Source: an uncultured Rickettsiales bacterium
GTDB lineage: Bacteria > Pseudomonadota > Alphaproteobacteria > Rickettsiales > SXRF01
DNA length: 64,000 nt
Direction: 5' to 3'
Assembly: GCA_964518725.1 (NCBI GenBank)
Contig: CAZFKP010000015.1
Location: 1,450-65,449 of the forward strand
Position numbers and translations under genes: made by a program. Under the pieces are notes generated by a model. That model made no database searches. It worked only from the letters and a program-made list of their open reading frames with translations, and was not told the origin of the DNA. Positions 44,549 to 52,202 of the stretch are shown here, piece by piece. How positions within the stretch are numbered: position 1 is the stretch's first letter; the number at the start of each line of letters is the position of its first letter.

Positions 44549-46459
44549 TTAATGCGCCCTGAGATCACTTGCCGAGTGGTTCATGTCCGTTTCTATCCCT
44601 TTCCCCAGGCTGAACCTGAGTGCATTGGCGATGGCGAGCAGGTCGATACATTCCTGAAACAATGCGGCTTGCACCGGGCTGATATACCCAGCCGCTGCAA
44701 AGCACATACCGATAAGCGACAGCACGATCCCACCCACGGCGCTCTGTAGGGCGATGCGGCGCAGCCTGATACTGATGTGCAACAACTCGTCAACCTTGGT
44801 GAGTGAGTTCTCCATGATGACCACGCCTGCTGCCTCAGCAGTAACACTGCTGTGTTGACCGAAAGCAATGCCGACAGTGGCGGAGGCCAGTGCAGGCGCA
44901 TCGTTAATACCGTCCCCCATAAACAATGTGGGGGCTTTTGCCGTTTCCCCTCGCACTATCGCCACTTTCTGCTCGGGATTTTGTGAGGCCAGCGTTTCTT
45001 CAATATCAAGCAACTTGGCAAGGTAGGTGACCTCCGATTCGCGGTCACCAGATACCAGCATCACCTTGTTGAACTGGTGGGAAGGCGCAAGATGGCCAAT
45101 GAAGGATTTCCCATCGGCGCGTGGCGCATCGCGGAAACGAAACGTCGCGGCATAGGTGCCATCCATCATGATAATACACTCCAGCCCCGCGGCCGTCGGC
45201 GGCAACATCGCGGCAATGTCTGGACTGGTTTGTAAAAGCTTCCTGCGATGGGTAACGCGAACTTCGTGCGTATCCACTACGCCGGTAAGCCCCTGCCCTG
45301 GCTTTTCCGAAATGCTTTCTGCATTAATCAAAGGTAGTTTTGCCGCAGCAGCAGCCTGCAAGATCGCACTTGCTAAGGGGTGTTTTGAATAGGATTCAAG
45401 GCTCGCCGTGCGTTGCAGGATTTTGTTTTTATCCATCCCATCGGCAGGTAGAATTTCGATAAGCTCAGGTTTGCCATAGGTCAGCGTTCCGGTTTTATCA
45501 AAGATCGCCGTGCGGCACGTAGGCAGCCGTTCCAATACCGCAGGATCCTTGATGATGATGCCCAGCCTCGCCGCCATCGAAATAGCACCAATGATGGTCA
45601 CGGGAATCGCAATAATCAGCGGACACGGCGTGGCAATCATCAGCACCGAAAGAAAGCGCAGCGCATCCCCCGTCACAATCCACACCGCCCCCGACGCGAT
45701 AAGCGCAAAGAGCGCAAATGCTCCCCCCAGCTGATCGCCCAAACGCCTGAGTCGCGGGCGCTTCTGCTCTGCCTCCTGCATAACGCCCATGATTTGTGCA
45801 TAACGCGAATCATGCGCGAGTTTTTCAGCCCGGATGGTAAGCACCGCATCGCCATTTATCGCCCCAGAAAGTACTGCCGCACCGGGGGCTTTCGAAACAC
45901 GGTAAGGCTCACCTGTGAGATACGATTCGTCCATCGAGCCATGCCCCTCGATCACGTTGCCATCCACCGGCGCAGTTTCATGCGGAAAGACCACGATTTC
46001 ATCGCCAATGCTAATATCGGCGAGGGCAATTTCCTCTATCTTCCCGGCGCGTCTGCGATGGGCTGACGATGGCATGCGATCCGACAACGCACGCAGTGCC
46101 GAGGAAGCCTTCCGCAGCGCATACATCTCCAGCGCCTGCCCTCCCGAAAGCATAATAATAATGAGAACAGCCGCCAGATGCTGACCAAGCAATGTCGCTG
46201 CTAGCAACGTGATGACACCCAGAAAATCGGCGCCAACATCGCCCTTTGAAAGTTTACTAATAATCTGCACCAGTAGCGGTATACCGCCCAAAACAATCAC
46301 CATCAGCAAGGGGGTATCTGCCGCCGCGATATTGGCGATATCGGGTAGGTTTGCCTCACCGAGTGTAAAATAGAGCCCAATCGAGGCAAGGCTCGCAACC
46401 ACTAGCCGGATATGCCAGCGGGAGGCAGACGGAAGCGATTGATGCAATTCATTATCCAT
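44549..46459 (-). CDS. Heavy-metal P1B-type ATPase with a TPCP transmembrane motif (P1B-5-like)
   Basis: 636 aa with the TGEP actuator motif (LTGEPYRV), IATPCPLIIAIP, DKTGTLT and GDGINDAPAL. I saw no N-terminal CxxC metal-binding domain and no C-terminal extension. Confidence 0.88.
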   Translation of the reverse strand: MDNELHQSLPSASRWHIRLVVASLASIGLYFTLGEANLPDIANIAAADTPLLMVIVLGGIPLLVQIISKLSKGDVGADFLGVITLLAATLLGQHLAAVLIIIMLSGGQALEMYALRKASSALRALSDRMPSSAHRRRAGKIEEIALADISIGDEIVVFPHETAPVDGNVIEGHGSMDESYLTGEPYRVSKAPGAAVLSGAINGDAVLTIRAEKLAHDSRYAQIMGVMQEAEQKRPRLRRLGDQLGGAFALFALIASGAVWIVTGDALRFLSVLMIATPCPLIIAIPVTIIGAISMAARLGIIIKDPAVLERLPTCRTAIFDKTGTLTYGKPELIEILPADGMDKNKILQRTASLESYSKHPLASAILQAAAAAKLPLINAESISEKPGQGLTGVVDTHEVRVTHRRKLLQTSPDIAAMLPPTAAGLECIIMMDGTYAATFRFRDAPRADGKSFIGHLAPSHQFNKVMLVSGDRESEVTYLAKLLDIEETLASQNPEQKVAIVRGETAKAPTLFMGDGINDAPALASATVGIAFGQHSSVTAEAAGVVIMENSLTKVDELLHISIRLRRIALQSAVGGIVLSLIGMCFAAAGYISPVQAALFQECIDLLAIANALRFSLGKGIETDMNHSASDLRAH

Positions 46460-46521
46460 GCGCCTATTGTGCAGTATTCAAGTCCTAAAGCGAGGATAAT
46501 TTGAGGCTTGTTTAGAAAGCG

Positions 46522-46598
46522 TGGCGTGCCCGGAGGGAGTCGAACCCCCGACCTGGAGCTTAGAAGGCTCCCGCTCTATCCAACTGAGCTACGGGCAC
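46522..46598 (-). tRNA. tRNA-Arg (anticodon UCU)
   Basis: The reverse complement folds as GTGCCCG-TA-GCTC-AGTTGGATA-GAGC-G-GGAGC-CTTCTAA-GCTCC-AGGTC-GGGGG-TTCGACT-CCCTC-CGGGCAC-G-CCA. Confidence 0.9.
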
Positions 46599-46707
46599 AT
46601 AACAGTTAGTTATTGACAGCTTGCGCCTATCTACACTAACAACCAACCACCAACAACTGGTTAATGCTTGGCTATTGTCGGTTCCAGGCGTTGTTGGCTT
46701 ATTGTGG

Positions 46708-46784
46708 GGGCGGTTAGCTCAGCTGGTTAGAGCGCCACGTTGACATCGTGGAGGTCGATGGTTCGAGTCCATTACCGCCCACCA
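46708..46784 (+). tRNA. tRNA-Val (anticodon GAC)
   Basis: GGGCGGT-TA-GCTC-AGCTGGTTA-GAGC-G-CCACG-TTGACAT-CGTGG-AGGTC-GATGG-TTCGAGT-CCATT-ACCGCCC-A-CCA. Confidence 0.9.
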
Positions 46785-46852
46785 TTCCCAAATTTTAGAA
46801 CTAAATTACCCCACATATATCACTCGGCGCTAACACCGTTTTCAGACAAGCA

Positions 46853-46886
46853 GGCAAACAAAAGGCTGCACCCGCAGGGTGCAGCC
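46853..46886 (-). terminator. Rho-independent terminator (minus-strand orientation)
   Basis: Perfect 10-bp stem ggctgcaccc/gggtgcagcc (46864-46886) with a 3-nt loop. On the minus strand it is followed by ttttgtttg. It lies 20 nt downstream of the SDR-remnant stop. Confidence 0.55.
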
Positions 46887-46905
46887 CTCGTAGTCTATGC
46901 CGCCG

Positions 46906-47111
46906 CTAGAGGCTTTGGCCGCCGGAAACTTCAATGCGCTGCGCATTGATCCAGCCTGCACCATCATCGAGGATAGCCGCGACCGCGCCGCCAATATCGG
47001 CGGGAAGACCGACACGGCCACCCTAACGGATTCGAACAAACTATTCGCACGCTGTATTTCTTCGAGAAGTTTGCTCGAACGTTCTGAATACGCTCCGTTA
47101 GGGACCACCAT
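46906..47111 (-). pseudogene. C-terminal remnant of a short-chain dehydrogenase/reductase gene (frameshifted and truncated)
   Basis: The minus-strand frame 47022-46909 reads GGRVGLPADIGGAVAAILDDGAGWINAQRIEVSGGQSL* (stop codon 46906-46908), a typical SDR C-terminus. An in-frame TAG lies directly upstream, and a second frame continues as ...VVPNGAYSERSSKLLEEIQRANSLFESV. No Rossmann N-terminus is present. Confidence 0.4.
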
Positions 47112-47123
47112 TTCCCGCGGAAT

Positions 47124-47375
47124 TCAAAGCTTTCTTGACGTGCCGCTTGTGATTGATTGCGGCAAGCCGTGATGGGGGTTGGCAGGCGCCGCATCGGCAA
47201 ACTGGATAATGGTCGGTGGCGGCGACGGTGCGGCGTTGGCTGGCGGCACAACGATACTCGGGCGTGGCTGATTCATACCCGGTTGGCGCGGCGTAAACAT
47301 CGGAAGTCTCGGTGCGGTGATTTCTCCCTTGGGAGCGGCGGGTGACGGCGGCAATATGGGCGGTTTCTCAGTCAT
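47124..47375 (-). CDS. Possible small proline-rich protein translationally coupled to ogt
   Basis: The ATG at 47375 overlaps the ogt stop (ATGA). The 83-aa product MTEKPPILPPSPAAPKGEITAPRLPMFTPRQPGMNQPRPSIVVPPANAAPSPPP... has no recognisable family and could be a non-coding GC-rich frame. Confidence 0.25.
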   Translation of the reverse strand: MTEKPPILPPSPAAPKGEITAPRLPMFTPRQPGMNQPRPSIVVPPANAAPSPPPTIIQFADAAPANPHHGLPQSITSGTSRKL

Positions 47376-47851
47376 TGCTGTTCCAGTTTCAGCAGCCATT
47401 CCTTGCGTTTTAGGCCACCGCCATAGCCGACCAGCGCACCATCGGCGCCGATCACGCGATGGCACGGAATGATGATGGAAATCGGGTTGCGGTTATTGGC
47501 CATGCCTACCGCCCGTGCTTTCTTCGCATCGCCCATGCGCGCCGCCTGTTCGCCGTAGCTGTTGGTACGCCCATAAGGGATTTTCTGTAGCGCCCGCCAG
47601 GCATTGATCTGGAACACCGTTCCCTTCAACTCAATCGGCAGGTCAAACGCCGTGCGTTTTCCGGTGAAATATTCGGCGAGTTGTGCCTCGGTCTTAAGCA
47701 GCAGCGGATGGCTCGACGATGGTACACATTCATCGTTGAGCGCCGGATGGTTTTCTTTGCCGCCATCAAAGCCAACATACCGCAAGCCTTTATCGGAGAC
47801 GACCAGTTTTAGTTTTCCAACCGGTGATGCCATGGTTTTCTCGTAGAGCAT
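47372..47851 (-). CDS. ogt: Methylated-DNA--protein-cysteine methyltransferase
   Basis: 159 aa with the active-site motif IIIPCHRVIGADG and ...GYGGGLKRKEWLL.... Confidence 0.92.
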   Translation of the reverse strand: MLYEKTMASPVGKLKLVVSDKGLRYVGFDGGKENHPALNDECVPSSSHPLLLKTEAQLAEYFTGKRTAFDLPIELKGTVFQINAWRALQKIPYGRTNSYGEQAARMGDAKKARAVGMANNRNPISIIIPCHRVIGADGALVGYGGGLKRKEWLLKLEQQ

Positions 47852-47860
47852 AAAATCCCC

Positions 47861-48628
47861 CTAGACGGTTCCAAAACTCTTTATCAGACTGCCACAGAGC
47901 ATGTACCAGCCGTCAATGAGCACAAAAAAGATAATCTTGAATGGTAGGGAAATAACAATCGGCGGCAGCATCATCATCCCCATCGCCATCAGGATGGAGG
48001 CGACCAGCATGTCGATGATAATAAACGGTACGAAAATCAGGAACCCAATCTCAAACGCGCGTTTCAGCTCGCTAATCATGAAGCCGGGAATAAGCACGCG
48101 GTATGGTGTTTCCTCCGGTTCCTTGATGACCAACCCTGGCGACATATCGACAAATAACTTCAAATCCTTGTCACGCACATGCGTCAGCATGAAATTATGA
48201 AACGGCTCTCCGATTTTCTCGAGCGCTTCTTTTGCTTCTATTTTCTCCTCGATCAGCGGCTGCACACCATTGTCATAAGCCTTCTCAAAGGCAGGCGCCA
48301 TGATGAAAAAGGTGAGGAACAGTGCTAACGAAATCAGCACCTGGTTCGGTGGCGTCTGCTGCAGACCCATGGCACTCCGCAGGAACGAAAACACAATCAC
48401 GATCCGCATGAACGAGGTCATCATCACCAGAATCGACGGAGCAAGGCTGATAACGGTGATGACGGCAATGAGCTGGATCAGCTTGCCGGAAGCGGTAGCA
48501 CTGCTTGTATCGCCGAGGTTGATGTTCATCGACTGGGCGAAGGCGGGCGCTGCACACAACGCGACCCCGGCAAACACCACGCCCCATGCCAACATACCGA
48601 TGGGTTTTTTTATCTGGTGGTTAGGCAT
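47861..48628 (-). CDS. fliP: Flagellar export apparatus protein FliP
   Basis: 255 aa with ...SLAPSILVMMTSFMRIVIVFSFLRSAMGLQQTPPNQVLISLALFLTFFIM... and ...GFLIFVPFIIIDMLVASILMAMGMMMLPP.... Confidence 0.95.
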   Translation of the reverse strand: MPNHQIKKPIGMLAWGVVFAGVALCAAPAFAQSMNINLGDTSSATASGKLIQLIAVITVISLAPSILVMMTSFMRIVIVFSFLRSAMGLQQTPPNQVLISLALFLTFFIMAPAFEKAYDNGVQPLIEEKIEAKEALEKIGEPFHNFMLTHVRDKDLKLFVDMSPGLVIKEPEETPYRVLIPGFMISELKRAFEIGFLIFVPFIIIDMLVASILMAMGMMMLPPIVISLPFKIIFFVLIDGWYMLCGSLIKSFGTV

Positions 48629-48893
48629 GCGGCTCCTTTATGGTCTCTACGACGATGTCGCCCTGTGGCGATAACAACAGTAAATGCTCCTGTCCGTCGC
48701 GTTTGACCAGCACTAGTTTGCGTCGTGCATCGAGCATCCTGCTTTCAATCACCTGCAAGCGACCAACGCTACCAGCGGACAGCCACCCTGGTTTTTTTTG
48801 CGCCAGATAGCGCAGCCCAAGCGCGCACATGCCGATCAGCGCCAGGACGACACCGAAGGCCACGACGATACGAATGGGATCAACGACGTCCAT
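48621..48893 (-). CDS. fliO: FliO-like flagellar export protein
   Basis: 90 aa with a single TM helix (IVVAFGVVLALIGMCALGL), then ...LQVIESRMLDARRKLVLVKRDGQEHLLLL.... It lies immediately upstream of fliP with an overlapping stop/start. Confidence 0.6.
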   Translation of the reverse strand: MDVVDPIRIVVAFGVVLALIGMCALGLRYLAQKKPGWLSAGSVGRLQVIESRMLDARRKLVLVKRDGQEHLLLLSPQGDIVVETIKEPHA

Positions 48894-49219
48894 TACTCGT
48901 CATCACGCTTGCCGAAATTATCACGGGAATCCGCCGTCTTGTAGGCAACGCTCGCGTTGCGATGCTTCGGAATATCCTGCAACCCAGCCTGCGCTTTCAT
49001 CTCTTGTCCCAGCGCGTTCAGGCTCATCAGCAAATCCTGAAGCCGCGGCTCATAGAGCTGCTGGTCACCTGCCGGCATCGTTTGAATCATGTCGCACAAT
49101 GTCTCAATGGCGTTATCCAGACCGGCCATATCCAAATCATCCCCCGCAGCAACGGCGGCGCGGCTGCTGGCAATATATTCTTCCATGTTACTGAAGAATG
49201 ATCCCACGTGCTGGCTCAT
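48893..49219 (-). CDS. Hypothetical flagellar-operon protein
   Basis: 108-aa acidic helical ORF, translationally coupled on both sides (flhB-like upstream, fliO downstream). I recognise no family. Confidence 0.45.
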   Translation of the reverse strand: MSQHVGSFFSNMEEYIASSRAAVAAGDDLDMAGLDNAIETLCDMIQTMPAGDQQLYEPRLQDLLMSLNALGQEMKAQAGLQDIPKHRNASVAYKTADSRDNFGKRDDE

Positions 49220-49506
49220 ACATTGGCTCCCTTGACCTTGTCGTTCGCACGATACACATAGGCAAGTATTTCCGCAACGGCGGCGTAAGCTTCCAGCGGA
49301 ATCGGGGTATCGATATCGAGCTTTTCGAGCATGTGGACGAGATCGCGATCTTGCCGGATTTCAATGTTGTAGCGCGTGGCCAGCTCGATAATCTGCTGTG
49401 CCATGTAACCTTTGCCCTTGGCAGCGATCACCGGTGCGTTGTGCTTCTCGCGCTCGTATTTCAACGCTACCGCAAGTTTATTCCTATCTGTTTCCATCCG
49501 GTTCAT
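49216..49506 (-). CDS. FlhB C-terminal-domain-like protein (EscU/YscU/HrcU-family stand-alone switch domain)
   Basis: 96 aa: ...AVALKYEREKHNAPVIAAKGKGYMAQQIIELATRYNIEIRQDRDLVHMLEKLDIDTPIPLEAYAAVAEILAYVY.... This parallels FlhB 52203-53273: ...[50 protein letters not shown]...IPLIHYEAVAKIISYVY. Confidence 0.8.
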   Translation of the reverse strand: MNRMETDRNKLAVALKYEREKHNAPVIAAKGKGYMAQQIIELATRYNIEIRQDRDLVHMLEKLDIDTPIPLEAYAAVAEILAYVYRANDKVKGANV

Positions 49507-49768
49507 CCTTGGGTTTTGGCGTATTGACCGGTTTCACGCCAAGCCCATCCAGATCGAAATCCATCTCAAAAAATTCGCTGTCCCCGGCTCCGGCCGCCGC
49601 AATGTTCTGTTCCATGATTTTCTCATGCAGCTCCTTACGTAGGATGCTTGCTTCCTTCGGAAATACAAAGCCAAGCTTAACTGACTTGCCGCGTACTTCC
49701 ATGACGGTGAGCTCGATATTGTTATTGATGATAATCGACTCACCAATCTTCCTGGATAAATAAAGCAT
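49484..49768 (-). CDS. csrA: CsrA-family post-transcriptional regulator with a C-terminal extension
   Basis: MLYLSRKIGESIIINNNIELTVMEVRGKSVKLGFVFPKEASILRKELHEKI matches the CsrA consensus (ML.LtRk.GEsi.I...i...V......v.lG..APke..i.R.E). It carries a tail of about 40 aa. Confidence 0.78.
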   Translation of the reverse strand: MLYLSRKIGESIIINNNIELTVMEVRGKSVKLGFVFPKEASILRKELHEKIMEQNIAAAGAGDSEFFEMDFDLDGLGVKPVNTPKPKDEPDGNR

Positions 49769-49934
49769 TCCTGCGGATCCTCTTGATGCGCTACGCGTCG
49801 TTCACTTTGGCACAGTATTTGAATACATGGTTTATTGGCAAATGCAAATTTTGTCTGGTGCATGTTTTATAATTATGATAATATAGGAAAAATATACCTA
49901 CTATCTATATATAATAAAAACAGGGATTTAATCA

Positions 49935-50351
49935 GTGGATTTTTTAAATATTCCCCTCTTTCAAGCGATGCAGAGCAAGCTCAAGTACCACTCTGAGCGT
50001 CAGGCCGTGCTCGCGCAGAATATCGCCAATGCCGATACGCCGGATTATCTCGCACGGGATATCCAAGCCCCGGATTTTGCCTCCATGCTTGCAGGCGCGC
50101 GTTCTTCAGGCGCCATGGCCATGACCAATAACCTCCACATGCAACCCGGGATGGGTAAAAATGGCGGCAGCGGAACTTACCAGCAGCGCGAAAACACCTA
50201 CGAGCTGAATCCGATCGGCAATAACGTGGTGATCGAAGAAGAAGTGATGCGCGTTGCGGAAAACCAATCGGAATACCAAAAAGTGCTGGGTATTTACCGG
50301 AAATCGCTGGAAATGTTTAGAATTGCGCTTGGCAAACAAGGTGCGGCATAA
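49935..50351 (+). CDS. flgB: Flagellar proximal rod protein FlgB
   Basis: 138 aa from a GTG start, with ...HSERQAVLAQNIANADTPDYLARD... and C-terminal ...VAENQSEYQKVLGIYRKSLEMFRIAL. Confidence 0.9.
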   Translation: MDFLNIPLFQAMQSKLKYHSERQAVLAQNIANADTPDYLARDIQAPDFASMLAGARSSGAMAMTNNLHMQPGMGKNGGSGTYQQRENTYELNPIGNNVVIEEEVMRVAENQSEYQKVLGIYRKSLEMFRIALGKQGAA

Positions 50352-50362
50352 GGAGTTGGTAG

Positions 50363-50770
50363 ATGCAGTTGAATGATTCACTCAAAATTGCTGCTTCGGG
50401 CATGAAGGCACAGAGCGATCGCCTTCGCGTCGTGGCGGAGAATATCGCCAACGCCGATTCCACCGGTCGCACGCCGGACGAGTTACCGTACCGCCGCAAA
50501 ATGGTAGTGTTCCGCAATATGCTTGACAAAGAGCTTGGTGTGGAAACGGTCAAAGTGGCGAGCCGCACCACCGACAACTCCGACTTCATCAAAAAATTTG
50601 AACCCTACCACCCGGCGGCGGACGAGCAAGGTTATGTGCTTTATCCAAATGTTAACACGATTGTGGAAAGTGTAGACATGCGGGAAGCGCGCCGGGCGTA
50701 TGAAGCAAACCTCGGCGTGGTAGAAGTATCCAAGGCAATGCTGGCGCGCACGCTAGATTTGCTACGGTAA
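50363..50770 (+). CDS. flgC: Flagellar proximal rod protein FlgC
   Basis: IAASGMKAQSDRLRVVAENIANADST...PYRRK... and C-terminal VDMREARRAYEANLGVVEVSKAMLARTLDLL. Confidence 0.93.
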   Translation: MQLNDSLKIAASGMKAQSDRLRVVAENIANADSTGRTPDELPYRRKMVVFRNMLDKELGVETVKVASRTTDNSDFIKKFEPYHPAADEQGYVLYPNVNTIVESVDMREARRAYEANLGVVEVSKAMLARTLDLLR

Positions 50771-50786
50771 TTTGTAGGAGTATTCT

Positions 50787-51098
50787 ATGGTAAACATGGC
50801 ATCGGCACTGAGCGCGTATAACAACCAGATGAAACTGGCGAAAAACGGCGACGCCTTGCTCGGCCCAGAAGAAAAAAACGGGCCGAGTTTCTCGCAATTC
50901 CTCGAACACCAGATTCAGGACATGACCAACACGCAGCAAACCGCTGAAGCTGCGAAGGTCGATGCGCTGACCGGCAAAGGGGATGTAACCGACCTGGTGA
51001 CCGCCATCGCCAACGCCGAGCTGGCGCTCAACACCATCGTCACGATCCGCGATAAAGCTATTTCTGCCTATCAGGAAATCATCCGCATGCCGATGTAG
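50787..51098 (+). CDS. fliE: Flagellar hook-basal body complex protein FliE
   Basis: 103 aa with C-terminal ...DLVTAIANAELALNTIVTIRDKAISAYQEIIRMPM. Confidence 0.85.
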   Translation: MVNMASALSAYNNQMKLAKNGDALLGPEEKNGPSFSQFLEHQIQDMTNTQQTAEAAKVDALTGKGDVTDLVTAIANAELALNTIVTIRDKAISAYQEIIRMPM

Positions 51099-51171
51099 GT
51101 GGCACTTAATACTTGGTGGTATAAGAAAATGGTGCTAACCAAGTGGTGAATACTTAACACCACGCACCGTC

Positions 51172-51438
51172 ATGGAAGCTTCCGAAGTCATTGATATCTG
51201 CCGCGAGGCGATCTATGTGCTGATTATTGTCGCCTCTCCGGCGATGATCTCGTCACTCATCGTCGGCCTGATCGTTTCCCTGTTTCAAGCGCTGACGCAG
51301 ATCCAGGAACAAACCCTCACCTTCGTGCCTAAAATCCTTGCCATGCTGCTGGTGTTGGGACTGACCCTACCCTTCATGTTGCAGCAGCTTACCGACTTCA
51401 CCCACAAGCTTACTGAACGCATCGTCAATATTCAATGA
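51172..51438 (+). CDS. fliQ: Flagellar export apparatus protein FliQ
   Basis: 88 aa with ...SLFQALTQIQEQTLTFVPKILAMLLVL.... Confidence 0.93.
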   Translation: MEASEVIDICREAIYVLIIVASPAMISSLIVGLIVSLFQALTQIQEQTLTFVPKILAMLLVLGLTLPFMLQQLTDFTHKLTERIVNIQ

Positions 51439-52199
51439 CACTGAACGACTTCATGTTGTCGCAGATATTCACCTTCCTGCTGATATTCTGCCGGGTTGGA
51501 ACAGCGATCATGATTATGCCAGGTTTTGGGGAAGCCTATATCAGCGCCCGCATGCGCCTGCTTTTCGCCGCGATGTTCGCAGTGGTGTTGACGCCCGCCA
51601 TGCAGTCTTTTCCTGCCCCGCCTGAAACGACCTTCGGGCTGGTCAATCTGATGACTGCCGAACTGCTCACCGGCTTGTTTTTTGGCACAATCACCCGCCT
51701 GCTCATTTCCGCCATCAGCCTCGCCGGCATGATTATCGCCTATCAATCAAGCCTTGCCAGTGCGCTGGTGCAGGACGTGACGATGTCCGGCGGACAAGGC
51801 ACGAGCCTCGGTAACTTGCTGGGGATCAGCGCGCTGGTGTTGATGTTTGTCACCGACATGCATCATATGATGTTACGTGCCATCCATGACAGTTACCAGA
51901 TATTTGCCGTCGGCGCGTTTCCGCTAATTGAGGATTTTAATACCCACGCCACCCGCGTGATGAACGAATCGTTCCTCGTGGCGCTGCAGCTTTCCGCACC
52001 ACATATCGTCATCGGCCTGATGATTTACCTCGCGGGCGGTATCATTGGCCGCCTGATGCCAAGCCTGCAGGTTTTCTTCATCCTAATGGCGCCACAACTT
52101 ATCATCAGTTTTTTTATCTTGATGATTACTTTCGGCGCGCTGATGACATGGTACCTCGATTACTTCAGCCGCAATCTTCTCCATTTCGTGGGGCAATAA
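51435..52199 (+). CDS. fliR: Flagellar export apparatus protein FliR
   Basis: 254-aa polytopic membrane protein with FTFLLIFCRVGTAIMIMPGFGE. It overlaps the fliQ stop. Confidence 0.9.
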   Translation: MTLNDFMLSQIFTFLLIFCRVGTAIMIMPGFGEAYISARMRLLFAAMFAVVLTPAMQSFPAPPETTFGLVNLMTAELLTGLFFGTITRLLISAISLAGMIIAYQSSLASALVQDVTMSGGQGTSLGNLLGISALVLMFVTDMHHMMLRAIHDSYQIFAVGAFPLIEDFNTHATRVMNESFLVALQLSAPHIVIGLMIYLAGGIIGRLMPSLQVFFILMAPQLIISFFILMITFGALMTWYLDYFSRNLLHFVGQ

Positions 52200-52202
52200 G
52201 CC

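Noticed and set aside
46600-46707. TTGACA hexamer (46614-46619) as a possible tRNA-Val promoter
   Set aside because: No convincing -10 hexamer lies at 16-18 nt spacing, so it cannot be supported from sequence alone.
49808-49822. sigma54-like element TGGCAC-agtat-TTGA about 110 nt upstream of flgB
   Set aside because: The -24 half is perfect, but the -12 element reads TTGA rather than TTGC. There is only a single occurrence and no enhancer-binding site is visible. This is too weak to call without a genome-wide motif model.
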